Below are positions 22,401 to 37,401 of a stretch of 64,000 bases of DNA, one piece after another. The stretch is taken from the NCBI RefSeq assembly GCF_036365525.1, contig NC_090418.1, forward strand, positions 11,479,226 through 11,543,225. Reading direction: 5' to 3'. The notes under the pieces are model-generated. The model did not search any database. It was not told where the DNA came from and saw nothing but the letters and a program-made list of their open reading frames with translations. Source of the stretch: Heterodontus francisci. Lineage: Eukaryota. The translations under genes were made by a program, and so were the position numbers. Position 1 is the stretch's first letter; the number at the start of each line of letters is the position of its first letter.

Positions 22401-25400
22401 CCTCGCCCCTTCCCTATTCCTATCACCTCCTCCAGCCCTACAACCCTCCGAGATGTCTGCGCTTCTCCAATTCCGGCCTCCTTGAGCATTCCCCGATTCC
22501 CATCGCTCCGCCATTGGCGGCCGTGCCTTCAGCTCTGGAATTCCCTCCCTAAACCTCTCCGCCTCTCCCTCTCCTCCTTTAAGACGATCCTTAAAACTGA
22601 CCTCTTTGACCGAGCTTTCGGTCAGCTGTTTCCAATACCTCCTTATGTGGAACGTAGGAAATACGAAGCAGGAGTAGGATCGGTGTCACATTTTGTTTGG
22701 GAAAGCTGCTGTGAAGCACCTTGGCGTCATTCTACTTTGTTAAAGGTGCTATATAAATACAAGTTGTTGTTGTTATGGTTTAAAGCTGCACCTTGCTTGT
22801 TTCACAACCCTTGGTGTCCAAGGCCCTAAAAAGATTGGAGAAAAGTTCAGAGTGAGATTGGATCCAGATCTAAATGGGAGAAACTCACCCACCGCCTAAT
22901 ACAATTTGCAGAGTTCTGTTGAGGTAAGGAAGCTGATTGGCTGAGGGGAATTGGTTCAGTCTTGGCCTATTTTAAGTAAACCAATCAAGGGTGATGTCAG
23001 TTTGTCTCAGTGCCACCAACAAGAGAGGCAGCTGCCTCTCAAATTTGAGGTGGCAACCGTCAATATATTTAAACATCAACTCTAATTAAACTAAAATAAG
23101 CTCCGTCTCCAGGGCCACCGAAACCCGGACAAGACCACGGGAGGTCAAGAGCCAGAGCAACCCCTCACCCCCTGGCCGGCCCCGCTGGGCCGCACCCATC
23201 CTGTGGACCACTATCTTCGCTAGGCCCTGGGTCAGAGGTCAAGTTTAAGCAGAATTTTCCTTCCCTCTGAAGAATTGGATTATCGTTGGAGAATCTGGTG
23301 GCAATTGAACCTTCACCTCCCCCTCGCTTCCTCCTCTGCTCCCCCATCCTTGACCCCTGACCTTGCTAACCTTGGCCCTGGCAGTTATCAAGGTGCCTTC
23401 GTGCCTCTCAGTTTTCGAAAGGAATGACCCTGCTGTAATTCCCTGCCTCGCTGAATGAATAGTTTACAGAGAGCAGTCACGTGTTGTTCATCAGGAAGAT
23501 GTTAGGGACAACGGATTTCCTTCCCTGAAGGACATTGGTGAACCAAATGTTTTTTTTTTTACAGCAATCATCAATGGTTTCATGGTCATCATTAGACTAG
23601 CTTTTGAATTGGGGATTTATTGAATTAAAATTTCACCATCTCCCGTGGTGGGATCTGTCCCCAGGTCTCCAGACAATTAGCCTGGGCTCTGGATCACTAG
23701 CCCAGTGACATCACCACTTCGCCACCACCTCCCCTCGTGGCGTTGTATGTGCGGCCCCATTGGAGGCGGAGCCCCAGCAGCCAGGCTGCGCACAGCAAGA
23801 TCCCACAAAAAAAAAATGGCGATTTAAACCATCCGTTTTACGGGGACGGGGCGTGAAAGCAGGGTTGAGGGAGAAGATTATCCGTGATTTAAGACAACAG
23901 GGGAGCAGGCCCGAGGGGCTGAGTGGCCTATTCCAAGTTCTTGGGGATTTATTGTTGACTGAGAGCTAAGTATTGTCTCAGGTCACCGGACAGAACTCGC
24001 CTGGTTTCCTTACTCTCACCACGTCCCGTTCACCCATCACCCCCTGTGCTCACTGACCTACGTTGGCTTTCGGTCAAGCAACACCTCCGTTTTAAATCTC
24101 TCACCCTTGTTCTCAAATCCCTCCCTCGCCCCTCCCTACCTCTGTAATCTTTTCCAAACCTACGACTCCCCGAGATCTCGGCGCTCTTCATTCTCGCCTC
24201 TTGACCATCCCCCGATTTCCATCACTCCACCATTGGTGGCCGTGCCTTCAGCTGTCTGGGCCCCAAGCTCTGGAATTCCCTCCCTAAACCTCTCCGCCTC
24301 TCTCTCTCTCTCTCTCTCTCCTCAAAACCCACATCTTTGACCTAGCTTTTGGCCACCTGTCCCTAATATCTCCTTATTTTGCTTTATAACACTCCTGTGA
24401 AGCACCTCGGGATGGTCAGGTGCTATATAAATGCAAGGAGTTGTTACATCTGAAAATTCCACACCTCCGACAGCATCGCACTCCCTCAGCACTGCACTGG
24501 AAGTGTCAGTTCAAGATTTTCAGGTGGGATTTGAACTCACAACCTTCTGGCTCACAGGCGAGAGCACTGTCACATATATAAACGGGAGCTCAGTTTTCTG
24601 GTTTGTGCTATACTAGAAAGGCTGTTTTGCTCACTGTCAAAGGACAGGGTGCTGTTGTTCATTTCCCTTCAACGCCAGTAGAGGGAGATCGAGCACCAAT
24701 GTTTTTTATTCATTCATGGGATTTGGGCATCGCTGGCCAGGCCGGGATTTGTTGCCCATCCCTAACTGCCCTTGAGAAGGTGGTGGTGAGCTGCCTTCTT
24801 GAACCGCTGCAGTCCATGTGGGGTAGGTCCACCCACAGTGCTGTTAGGGAGGGAGTTTCTGGATTTTGACCCAGCGACAGTGAAGGAACAGCGATATAGT
24901 TCCAAGTCAGGATGGTGTGTGACTTGGAGGGGAACTTGCAGGTAGTGGTGTTCCCATGCATCTGCTGTCCTTGTCCTTCTAGTTGGTAGAGGTCGCGGGT
25001 TTGGAAGGTGCTGTCGAAGGAGCCTTGGTGCGTTGCTGCAGTGCATCTTGTAGATGGTACACACTGCTGCCACTGTGCGTCGGTGGTGGAGGGAGTGAAT
25101 GTTTGTAGATGGGGTGCCAATCAAAGCAGGCTGCTTTGTCCTGGATGGTGTCGAGCTTCTTGAGTGGTGTTGGAGCTGCACCCATCCAGGCAAGTGGAGA
25201 GTATTCCATCACACTCCTGACTTGTGCCTCGTAGATGGTGGACAGGCTTTGGGGAGTCAGGAGGTGAGTTACTCACCGCAGGATTCTCAGCCTCTGACCT
25301 GCTCTTGTAGCCATGGTGTTTATACAGATGGTCCAGTTAAGTTTCTGGTCAATGATGACCCCCAGGATGTTGATAGTGGGGGAATTCAGCGATGATAATG

Positions 25401-26793
25401 TCACTGAACATCTAGGGGAGATGGTTAGATTCTCTCTCGTTGGAGATGGTCATTGCCTGGTGCGAATGTTACTTGCCACTTATCAGCTCAAGCCTGGATG
25501 TTGTCCGGGTCCCGGTCTTGCTGTATCTAACTCAATCTGAAACCGTATGCACATTAGCGAGTCTCTCAGTCCCTTTTCATTCAGTAGAAATACTGTGCTG
25601 GAAAACTGAACTTCCTCAGAATGAGTGAAGGGTCAAAACAAGAAAGAGGCGAACTGTGAGGGGCAGTTCCAGCTCTTCTGGGCCGATCGTCCTTTCCCCC
25701 TCGAGTGTCAAGCATGGCTCATCGGGTAGTACTCTCACCACTGAGCCAGAACATCATGGGTTCGAGGCCCCACTCCAGAGTCTCAAACCCATAACCCAGG
25801 CTGACACTCCAGCGCCAGTACTGAGGGGGTGCTGCACTGTCGGAGGTGCCATCTTTCAGATGAGGCATTAAATTGAGGACCCTGTCTGCTCTCTCAGGTG
25901 GACGTAAAAGATCCCACGGCCACTCTTGGAATTAGATCAGCGGGGAATTCTCCCTGGTGGCCAATATTTATCCCTCAACCAACATCACTAAAACCAGAGG
26001 AGCTGGTCATCATCACCTTTCATTGAGCATGCCCCCTGCCCCATACTCGTTTCCCCACTCACACAACCTCCTCGCCCACAGCACAGCTGGTCTTCTTGTC
26101 CAGTGCAGCATTGGAGGCCACTGCTCTGGAACTTGCCTCCCTCAGCACCTCTGCTTCTGTCACCTCCTTCACTGCCTTCAGAAAGGCCCTCCCCTGCAAC
26201 TGTGGCTTACATGTCCCATTAACCCTCTTCCTCCCCATTTACTCCACCTCCCAACTCTCTGGCGTTTACAGAATGTGAGGCGATCTCATTGAAACATACA
26301 AGATTCTGAAGGGGTCTAACAGTAGACACTGAGGTGGTTTCACCTGGCTGTGGAATCTAGAACAGGGGGACACAGTCCTGTTCCCTGGCCACGATGAGGC
26401 TAAACTAGACTGATAATACAACTGACTAGAAAACATTTATTTCTTCCCGGTATAAAGAATCTTCAGACCATAGTGAGAGAATGTCCCTCAAATCCACCCA
26501 ATTTTAACCCCATTAGTTTTTGGACAATGGTCTCCCAACTGGAAAGTTTAACTGAAGCCTTTTGGGACTCAATGGCCACACAGCACCAGGGAGTAACCTG
26601 GGTAGCAGAGTTGGCCATTCGGCCCCTCCAATTTGCATATTCAGATGGACAATCAATGATCTGCACCTGAACACCATTTGTTAGATATTTGTTAATGTTA
26701 CTCGATGAAAAGGCATGAGAAGGAGGGAGAGAGAGAGATTGAGACTTGTCCTACATGGTGTGATCAAGTGTCCCTGATTTCTCTCAATGTCCT

Positions 26794-27907
26794 GTGTCAC
26801 ACGGGATCAGAGGTGAGCTGGCAAGATGGATACAGAACTGGCTCGGTCATAGAAGACAGAGGGTAGCAGTGGATGGGTGCTTTTCTGAATGGAGGGCTGT
26901 GACTAGTGGTGTTCCGCAGGGATCAGTGCTGGGACCTTTGCTGTTTGTAGTTTTTATAATGATTTGGAGGAAAATGTAGCCGGTCTGATTACTAAGTTTG
27001 CGGACGACACAAAGGTTAGTGGAGTTGCGGATAGTGATGAGGATTGTCAGAGGATGCAGCAGGATATAGATCGGTTGGCGTCTTGGGCAGAGAAATGGCA
27101 GATGGAATTTAATCCGGACAAATGTGAGGTAATGCATTTTGGAAGATCTAACAGATGGGATGTATACAGTAAATGGCAGAACCCTTAGGAATATTGACAA
27201 GCAGAGAGATCTGGGCGTACAGGTCCACAGGTCGCTGAAAGTGGCAACGCAGATAGATAAGGTAGTCAAGAAGGCATACGGCATGCTTGCCTTCATCGGT
27301 CGGGGCTTAGAGTATAAAAATTGGCAAGTCATGTTGCAGCTGTACAGAACCTTAGTTAGGCCACACTTTGAATATTGCGTACAATTCTGGTTGCCACACT
27401 GGCAGAAGGATGTGGAGGCTTTGGAGAGGGTACAGAAGAGGTTTACCAGGATGTTGCCTGGTCTGGAGGGCATTAGCTGGGAGGAGAGGTTGGATAAACC
27501 CGGATTGTTTTCACTGGAATGACGGAGGTGGAGGGGCGACATGATAGAGGTTTACAAAGTTATGAGCGGCATGGACAGAGTGGATAGTCAGAAGCTTTTT
27601 CCCCCCAGGGTGGAAGAGTCAGTTACTAGGGGACATAGGTTTAAGGTGCGAGGGGCAAAGTTTAGAGGGGATGTGCGAGGCAAGTTCTTTACACAGAGGG
27701 TGGTGAGTGCCTGGAACTTGCTGCCGGGGGAGGTGGTGGAAGCAGGTGCCATAGAGAGACGTTTAAAAGGCATCTTGACAAATCCATGAATAGGATGGGA
27801 ATAGAGGGATACGGTCCCTGGAAGTGCAGAGGATTTTAGTTTGGACAGCCATCAAGATTGGCGTAGATTTGGAGGGCCGAATGGCCTGTTTCTGTGCTGT
27901 ACTGTTC
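26794..27907 (+). mobile_element. CR1 LINE fragment, unit 3 paralogue
   Basis: Same junctions and RT motifs as unit 1. Confidence 0.92.
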
Positions 27908-29122
27908 AATTTAAGTTCAGGTTTTTTTGTTCTCAATTTCATACTACAGGAAATCATTTCCCCTTACCTACTCTACCAAATTTTTCTCATGTTAAGCACC
28001 TTGCTCAGATTACCCCTCAAATTTTTTTAATTGAGGATTTTCAATTTTACTTCTAACCCCAGTATAGTCAATCCATATCATAACCTCAGAGTAAATGTAT
28101 CCAGGAGGTTTGTTACCCAAAACTCATCCAGATGTGCACAACCAATATTCTTCAAAACTGAAGCATCACATCCCTCTCAGTGAGGAGCTAACATTCCACT
28201 ATCTTGGATTGTTCTGACTCAAATCTTTGTTCTTTTACTAGATATTATTTTCCTTGCCTGGATCCAAAGTCTGTCACTTCCTGCATTGAATATCTGCTAT
28301 AGTTTTGCCCACTCCCTCGATGTCCCTTTGCAACTTCCTTCTTCCATCTGAAAAAGTGATGTCACCTGCAAACTTGGGCAAAGGAGGAGTTGTCTATCCA
28401 ATTCAGATAAGCTCAGGCACCTGATCAGATTCTGGAGAACTGGATTATGCCAGTCAGATGATGTACTCACTTCCCACCCAACTCTTGTTGGTTGACTATG
28501 CCCTTCCAGGAAGCAGTCATTCAGACAAAACTCTTACTGGTGACCTCCATTGAGTTTAGTCCCATATGCTTAAGCCAAGCTTGCTTCCAGATCCCCTGCT
28601 TGAACAGATATTTGCGATTCCCACAATAGACAGGCCTTAGTTAACTGGCTGGTTACAGGATTAATCTATCAATTTAACGGCTCAAAAATGTGCACAAATA
28701 AAACCAAAAATCAGCTGCACCTTGGTGCCCACTGGCTGCAGTAAACCTCAACTAGAATGTGCCCTCTCTAGGGGCTGAGCATTGCCATGGGACAGAAGGA
28801 AGCAGCCAGAGTAATTCCCAACTGGCCAAAATCGAGGAGCAGTTCCATGAGGAGGTTCAGACCTGTTCTGAACAGGGTGGAGAATAAAAAAGGAGCCTGT
28901 GACTGAAATGCAGTTAGCAATTGAGGAGCAACCAGTTCAAAATAGAGAAGGGGCACCATTTCTTGTTCTACCTACTTAACTAAACCAGCCTCTGTCAGTA
29001 GTGGTTCAGGAGGTCTAGTTCTGCACTTATGGAAGTTCACCCTAGTTGTTAGGTAGGGGGATCTATTTAACTAACAAGCTCCAGTGGTCAATGAACTACC
29101 ACACAAGATACAAGTAATCACT

Positions 29123-29128
29123 TTTATT
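29123..29128 (-). terminator. Polyadenylation signal AATAAA, zp3 copy 3
   Basis: Same context as copy 1. Confidence 0.8.
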
Positions 29129-29141
29129 GATCATTTGATAA

Positions 29142-32023
29142 CTAGTTGATCAGAGTTTGCTTGTGTTTCCTGTACAGGAACAAGGCGATCAATGAAGCAG
29201 AGATCAGACAGACAGCTGTCACAGTCAGGGCCACAATCAGGACCACCTCAGACTCCACACCTACAAAGCAATGAGAAACCAATGGTTAGTGAAGGAAACA
29301 CTGAGGGGGAAAATGGAAACTAGCAGTCAGCCAACTCACCACCTGGAGATCTCTCCTGCAGCCTTCGCTCAACCTCATTCAGGGACTCCATTGCCAAGTC
29401 AGTCACCTCAGTATCCAGAATGACCAGGGGTCCAAGTGAGGCCTCACCCTCCCACTTCAATCCAGATTCACTCTCTGCAATATCAAACATGCCAGTTAGA
29501 GGGGGTAAAGGGAGATCTCCCACATCTAGAGAATCAATGTCCTACCAGCTTCAGGTACAAGATCCCTCCTTCCTCTGGAAGAAAATCGCAACTCCCTTGT
29601 GGCACCACAGTTACCCACATGGCAACAGGCACAAATGTCATTGTTGGATTGCTCCAATGGGGTCCAGCTAAACAAGAGAAACAGTTGATCAACCAGGTTG
29701 TCCATCACATTCCCATACAACACACCCCTGAAGGAGGGAAAGGGAACTTACACATTCTGCATCTTCTGGAAAGTACAAGCTTTGTTCATGGAATCTCTCC
29801 GATCCACTGGAGCAACTTTCAGGTGACAGGTGATGAAAATCTACACAACACATTTCAACACAAGTTATTATTTAGTGACTCCATCCAAATATGGAGAGCC
29901 CAATGATAAGCTTCCTCTTACCAAGGAACGTTCATCTCCAAAGAAGCGGAAAGCATCCAGGTCAAACCGGAGCTTGTCCAGCTCACGCTCGTCTCTTGGC
30001 AACACGAAGGTTGAAAAGGAGTCCTCAGCTTTGCTGTCCAGGAGGCAACTGGAGAAAGATTCAAAAAGGGACATGAAGTGAATCAAGTGAAGCCATTGAG
30101 ATGGGAGCAGCTGGAGAAAGCAGAGAGCTCCTTACCCATTGTAGTCAATGATGCTGTAACTCTGGGTGGAATCCTTGTCTGGGCTCAATGTAGCTACACA
30201 GTGGTCAATGTAGAGCTTCAGGGGCATGTGGTTGGTCATTGAAACAGAGGCCTCAATGTGAATGAGGTCACCCAGGTAGTAGACAGTCGAGGTGCGCTCT
30301 GTAAGCCAGTCATCTGAAGTACAAGAGGACAAGGGTTAGAGACAGTGGGTACAACTCCCAGTGGGTGAGTACAGGAAATCACTCCCCATCCACCCATCAC
30401 ATACCATTCATTAGGCGCAGTGAGAATGACAGATGCCCTTCTCCAGACTTGGTGGAGCTGAAAGGGATCCAGGTGGGCTTGATGGGGTTACTGCTCACAT
30501 TCCCCTTCCTGGAAGGAAGAGACATTTTAGGACAACTTGCATTACACTGAAAAATTCATATTAAATTCACTCAACTGTTACCTAAAATAATGACACTCAA
30601 TGGGAATGACAGCTCCATTCGTTCTCACAATGACAGATCCATGATACTGGGGGGTGTGGTTCAGGTGGGTAGTGTAGACCAGGAAATCTCCAGCCATCTG
30701 AAAGACATCAGGTAAAGGATAGAGGAGTTAGTCTGAATTGGAAGATATTCTGCTCAGTTCAGAATGAAAGACAATCTTACTGAAATAATTCCTACAAGGT
30801 AGATGCGGAGAGGCCGTTACTCCTGGCTGGAGAGTCTAAACCTAGCAGTCAGCCATTTCGGATGGAGGGCAGAAAGTTCTCCACTCAGGGGAGTGAGGAT
30901 CTTCTGACTTCTCTAGCCCAGTTGTTGACTACATTCAGGACAGAATATTCCTTTTGTGCCCAAAACCCAAAAGAGACAGAGTGGGTGGGAAAGCAGTTGA
31001 TGATCATCCATGGTATTATTCAACAGCCAAGTAGGCTCCAGAGACCAAATCCACTTCTGCTGATGTTTATGTATTTGGAAATCATGTCACCTCAGTTAAT
31101 GTAAGGAGAGCACCAATAGAAACAAGTGATTCAATGAAATTACAGCTTCATTTTAACCATTAAAAAAAGTGAACCATAAACTGCTAGCATTTGGCATAAA
31201 CAGATTGGTTTTAATTTCACACCCTGTGAATTAAGAGGTGGAGTTTTCTTGTAGCAAACTGTAAATCAATTTATACTCCTTTCTCTCCCCCACAAATCTA
31301 AACTAGACTAGATAAAAATGAACATTTAATCTTCAGTCAAGCTAGACAATCTGAATGAGTGGCAAGAAAGCTGAAAATCCACAAGACAAGGATGTATAAA
31401 GAATTTGAAGAAACTATGAGAAGTTTCAAGTCCAATGGGGTTGAGATCACAAGGTTGGAGAGACTGGACAAGGAGATAATGCAAAGTACAATTCACTATT
31501 GAAAAGTAGTTTGAGGTTTTATAAACTGGGAGACAGATATCTCAAATATCAATCAATGACATTAGAGAAACTGTTGCAAAGAGTAGGGAACAATTTACAC
31601 CTGAAACTTGGAGCAAGAGTCAATGACTCACATTACCTGCAATCTGCTGCCACACTCATGGAGCCCATAGTCAAAGAGGACAGTGTGGTTCTGAGAGTAG
31701 ATCCTGGTCAGCCGACAACCTGCTGTCCCCAGGGTCAGGTCAGCAGCTTTAATCAGGTGCCTGGTTCCAAATAAATCCATCTGGACCCTGACCAGCAGGT
31801 TCTGCTCTCCACACTGCACCGTCACAGTCTGCAGTGGAGACACACTTCGGCCCTCAGACACGTGGAAATGGGAACCAAAGGGAGGCCCAGTTGGAGGGAC
31901 ATGAGTGGCCTTCACAATGCTCCATGGGAAATTCCAGTTTCTAAACTGCCGAGTATCAGAACCACAAACAGCTCCAACCAAAACCAACAAAGAAAGCAAC
32001 CACTTCACTAATTGCCCCATCAT
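29142..32023 (-). CDS. zp3: ZP3/ZPC-like, copy 3, 9 coding exons, 458 aa
   Basis: Exons: 32023-31637, 30697-30582, 30508-30405, 30313-30136, 30048-29922, 29840-29752, 29667-29546, 29474-29340, 29260-29142. Frame and GT-AG sites are intact; the intron 5 acceptor is gtgtag. Confidence 0.95.
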
Positions 32024-32059
32024 ACCAACAACTACACTGTAATCTAGGATAGACCCCAC

Positions 32060-32200
32060 TGCTCTCCTTTTATACACACAGTCTGCAGTCAGCTGAAACA
32101 AACTGGACCAGGTGTGATTAAACTAAACCAATAAACTAGCCTCATGACATCAATTCCATCACACAATCTTCCTGATTGGAAAGCAAAATACTGCAGGTGC
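32060..32200 (-). promoter_or_regulatory. zp3 copy 3 proximal promoter
   Basis: TATAAAA at 32068-32074; same E-box/CCAAT layout as copy 1. Confidence 0.68.
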
Positions 32201-33015
32201 TGGATATCAAAACAGAAAATGCTGGAAATACTCAGCAGGTCTGGCAGTATCTGTGGAGAGAGAAACAGAGTTAATGTTTCAGGTCTGTGACCATTCATCA
32301 GAACTGGGAAAAGTTAGAAATCTAATAGGTTCAGAACAGACTCTATCTTTGACTCGGTCTCAGAGTTGTCCTGTTTTGCAGTTTTATTTTATCTTCTGTC
32401 TCATCTGGCACTTTAACAAAAACCTTTTTTTCTTTCTTTTCAGGTGTGGAGGATTGCAAATGTCAACTCATAAGTACCAACCCCCTTTCTGGATCCTTCT
32501 TCCCTTTCACTTCCCTCTGATCCCCATCCTTTCCTCCGATCTCAACCCTTGCTGTCTATTCACGATGCACTCTGACCTTTACCCTCTCTGACCCAGAACA
32601 ATCTCTCCTTAGCAAAGGTCTCCGCTTCATCCCCCTTACATTCCCACCTCAATGAATTCTGATCTCGGCATGACGCTAAGCTCTTCTTCTATCACTTTCA
32701 CCTCCGTGCTTAGTCCTTTGGCCAGGAATCTTGCCCCCACCCCACACATTGAACCCTTTTACACATCTCCAGTATTGTCCAACCACCTGGAACCCTCCCT
32801 CTGGCCTCTTACCTGCTCTTGATCTTTTCATTGAGAACTGTCCGTGTGACATTGCCCGTCTCAATTTCTCCTCTCCCCTCGCTCACTCTAACCTGTCTTC
32901 CTCTGAACTTGCTACACTCTGTGACTACATGACTCTATGATCCTGTTCTCTCAGGTCTAACCCCAACGTTGTGGTCAAACCTGCTGACAAGGGTGATGTT
33001 GGTGTCTGGCGTACC
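32185..33015 (+). mobile_element. Penelope-like remnant, unit 3 (same deletion junction as unit 1)
   Basis: ggcgtacc|ttccctattcc junction at 33015. Confidence 0.72.
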
Positions 33016-36000
33016 TTCCCTATTCCTATCACCTCCTCCAGCCCTACAACCCTCCGAGATCTCTGCGCTTCTCCAATTCCGGCCTCCTTGAGCATTCCCC
33101 TATTCCCATCGCTCCGCCATTGGCGGCCGTGCCTTCAGCTCTGGAATTCCCTCCCGAAACCTCTCCGCCTCTCCCTCTCCTCCTTTAAGACGATCCTTAA
33201 AACTGACCTCTTTGACCGAGCTTTCGGTCAGCTGTTTCCAACACCTCCTTATGTGGAACGTAGGAAATACGAAGCAGGAGTAGGATCGGTGTCACATTTT
33301 GTTTGGGAAAGCTGCTGTGAAGCACCTTGGCGTCATTCTACTTTGTTAAAGGTGCTATATAAATACAGGTTGTTGTTGTTATGTTTTAAAGCTGCACCTT
33401 GCTTGTTTCACAACCCTTGGTGTCCAAGGCCCTAAAAAGATTGGAGAAAAGTTCAGAGTGAGATTGGATCCAGATCTAAATGGGAGAAACTCACCCACCG
33501 CCTAATACAATTTGCAGAGTTCTGTTGAGGTAAGGAAGCTGATTGGCTGAGGGGAATTGGTTCAGTCTTGGCCTATTTTAAGTCAACCAATCAAGGGTGA
33601 TGTCAGTTTGTCTCAGTGCCACCAACAAGAGAGGCAACTGCCTCTCAAATTTGAGGTGGCAACCGTCAATATATTTAAACATCAACTCTAATTAAACTAA
33701 AATAAGCTCCGTCTCCAGGGCCACCGAAACCCGGACAAGACCACGGGAGGTCAAGAGCCAGAGCAACCCCTCACCCCCTGGCCGGCCCCGCTGGGCCGCA
33801 CCCATCCTGTGGACCACTATCTTCGCTAGGCCCTGGGTCAGAGGTCAAGTTTAAGCAGAATTTTCCTTCCCTCTGAAGAATTGGATTATCGTTGGAGAAT
33901 CTGGTGGCAATTGAACCTTCACCTCCCCCTCGCTTCCTCCTCTGCCCCTCATCCTTGACCCCTGACCTTGCTAACCTTGGCCCTGGCAGTTATCAAGGTG
34001 CCTTCGTGCCTCTCAGTTTTCGAAAGGAATGACCCTGCTGTAATTCCCTGCCTCGCTGAATGAATAGTTTACAGAGAGCAGTCACGTGTTGTTCATCAGG
34101 AAGATGTTAGGGACAACGGATTTCCTTCCCTGAAGGACATTGGTGAACCAAATGTTTTTTTTTTTACAGCAATCACCAATGGTTTCATGGTCATCATTAG
34201 ACTAGCTTTTGAATTGGGGATTTATTGAATTAAAATTTCACCATCTCCCGTGGTGGGATCTGTCCCCAGGTCTCCAGACAATTAGCCTGGGCTCTGGACC
34301 ACTAGCCCAATGACATCACGACTTCGCCACCACCTCCCCTCGTGGCGTTGTATGTGCGGCCCCATTGGAGGCGGAGCCCCAGCAGCCAGGCTGCGCACAG
34401 CAAGATCCCACAAAAAAAATGGCAATTTAAACCATCCGTTTTACGGGGACGGGGCGTGAAAGCAGGGTTGAGGGAGAAGATTATCCGTGATTTTATACAA
34501 CAGAGGAGCAGGCCCGAGGGGCTGAGTGGCCTATTCCAAGTTCTTGGGGATTTATTTTTGAAGAGTTGTTGACTGAGAGCTAAGTATTGTCTCAGGTCAC
34601 CGGACAGAACTCGCCTGGTTTCCTTACTCTCACCACGTCCCGTTCACCCATCACCCCCTGTGCTCACTGACCTACGTTGGCTTTCGGTCAAGCAACACCT
34701 CCGTTTTAAATCTCTCACCCTTGTTCTCAAATCCCTCCCTCGCCCCTCCCTACCTCTGTAATCTTTTCCAAACCTACGACTCTCCGAGATCTCTGCGCTC
34801 TTCATTCTCGCCTCTTGACCATCCCCCGATTTCCATCACTCCACCATTGGTGGCCGTGCCTTCAGCTGTCTGGGCCCCAAGCTCTGGAATTCCCTCCCTA
34901 AACCTCTCCGCCTCTCTCTCTCTCTCTCCTCAAAACCCACATCTTTGACCTAGCTTTTGGCCACCTGTCCCTAATACCTCCTTATTTTGCTTTATAACAC
35001 TCCTGTGAAGCACCTCGGGATGGTCAGGTGCTATATAAATGCAAGGAGTTGTTACATCTGAAAATTCCACACCTCCGACAGCATCGCACTCCCTCAGCAC
35101 TGCACTGGAAGTGTCAGTTCAAGATTTTCAGGTGGGATTTGAACTCACAACCTTCTGTCTCACAGGCGAGAGCACTGTCACATATATAAACGGGAGCTCA
35201 GTTTTCTGGTTTGTGCTAAACTAGAAAGGCTGTTTTGCTCACTGTCAAAGGACAGGGTGCTGTTGTTCATTTCCCTTCAACGCCAGTAGAGGGAGATCGA
35301 GCACCAATGTTTTTTATTCATTCATGGGATTTGGGCATCGCTGGCCAGGCCGGGATTTGTTGCCCATCCCTAACTGCCCTTGAGAAGGTGGTGGTGAGCT
35401 GCCTTCTTGAACCGCTGCAGTCCATGTGGGGTAGGTCCACCCACAGTGCTGTTGGGGAGGGAGTTCCTGGATTTTGACCCAGCGACAGTGAAGGAACAGC
35501 GATATAGTTCCAAGTCAGGATGGTGTGTGACTTGGAGGGGAACTTGCAGGTAGTGGTGTTCCCATGCATCTGCTGTCCTTGTCCTTCTAGTTGGTAGAGG
35601 TCGCGGGTTTGGAAGGTGCTGTCGAAGGAGCCTTGGTGCGTTGCTGCAGTGCATCTTGTAGATGGTACACACTGCTGCCACTGTGCGTCGGTGGTGGAGG
35701 GAGTGAATGTTTGTAGATGGGGTGCCAATCAAAGCAGGCTGCTTTGTCCTGGATGGTGTCGAGCTTCTTGAGTGGTGTTGGAGCTGCACCCATCCAGGCA
35801 AGTGGAGAGTATTCCATCACACTCCTGACTTGTGCCTCGTAGATGGTGGACAGGCTTTGGGGAGTCAGGAGGTGAGTTACTCACCGCAGAATTCTCAGCC
35901 TCTGACCTGCTGTTGTAGCCATGGTGTTTATACAGATGGTCCAGTTAAGTTTCTGGTCAATGATGACCCCCAGGATGTTGATAGTGGGGGAATTCAGCGA

Positions 36001-37401
36001 TGATAATGTCACTGAACATCTAGGGGAGATGGTTAGATTCTCTCTCGTTGGAGATGGTCATTGCCTGGTGCGAATGTTACTTGCCACTTATCAGCTCAAG
36101 CCTGGATGTTGTCCGGGTCCCGGTCTTGCTGTATCTAACTCAATCTGAAACCGTATGCACATTAGCGAGTCTCTCAGTCCCTTTTCATTCAGTAGAAATA
36201 CTGTGCTGGAAAACTGAACTTCCTCAGAATGAGTGAAGGGTCAAAACAAGAAAGAGGCGAACTGTGAGGGGCAGTTCCAGCTCTTCTGGGCCGATCGTCC
36301 TTTCCCCCTCGAGTGTCAAGCATGGCTCATCGGGTAGTACTCTCACCACTGAGACAGAACATCATGGGTTCGAGGCCCCACTCCAGAGTCTCAAACCCAT
36401 AACCCAGGCTGACACTCCAGCGCCAGTACTGAGGGGGTGCTGCACTGTCGGAGGTGCCATCTTTCAGATGAGGCATTAAATTGAGGACCCTGTCTGCTCT
36501 CTCAGGTGGACGTAAAAGATCCCACGGCCACTCTTGGAATTAGATCAGCGGGGAATTCTCCCTGGTGGCCAATATTTATCCCTCAACCAACATCACTAAA
36601 ACCAGAGGAGCTGGTCATCATCACCTTTCATTGAGCATGCCCCCTGCCCCATACTCGTTTCCCCACTCACACAACCTCCTCGCCCACAGCACAGCTGGTC
36701 TTCTTGTCCAGTGCAGCATTGGAGGCCACTGCTCTGGAACTTGCCTCCCTCAGCACCTCTGCTTCTGTCACCTCCTTCACTGCCTTCAGAAAGGCCCTCC
36801 CCTGCAACTGTGGCTTACATGTCCCATTAACCCTCTTCCTCCCTGTTTACTCCACCTCCCAACTCTCTGGCGTTTACAGAATGTGAGGCGATCTCATTGA
36901 AACATACAAGATTCTGAAGGGGTCTAACAGTAGACACTGAGGTGGTTTCACCTGGCTGTGGAATCTAGAACAGGGGGACACAGTCCTGTTCCCTGGCCAC
37001 GATGAGGCTAAACTAGACTGATAATACAACTGACTAGAAAACATTTATTTCTTCCCGGTATAAAGAATCTTCAGACCATAGTGAGAGAATGTCCCTCAAA
37101 TCCACCCAATTTTAACCCCATTAGTTTTTGGACAATGGTCTCCCAACTGGAAAGTTTAACTGAAGCCTTTTGGGACTCAATGGCCACACAGCACCAGGGA
37201 GTAACCTGGGTAGCAGAGTTGGCCATTCGGCCCCTCCAATTTGCATATTCAGATGGACAATCAATGATCTGCACCTGAACACCATTTGTTAGATATTTGT
37301 TAATGTTACTCGATGAAAAGGCATGAGAGGGAGGGAGAGAGAGAGATTGAGACTTGTCCTACATGGTGTGATCAAGTGTCCCTGATTTCTCTCAATGTCC
37401 T

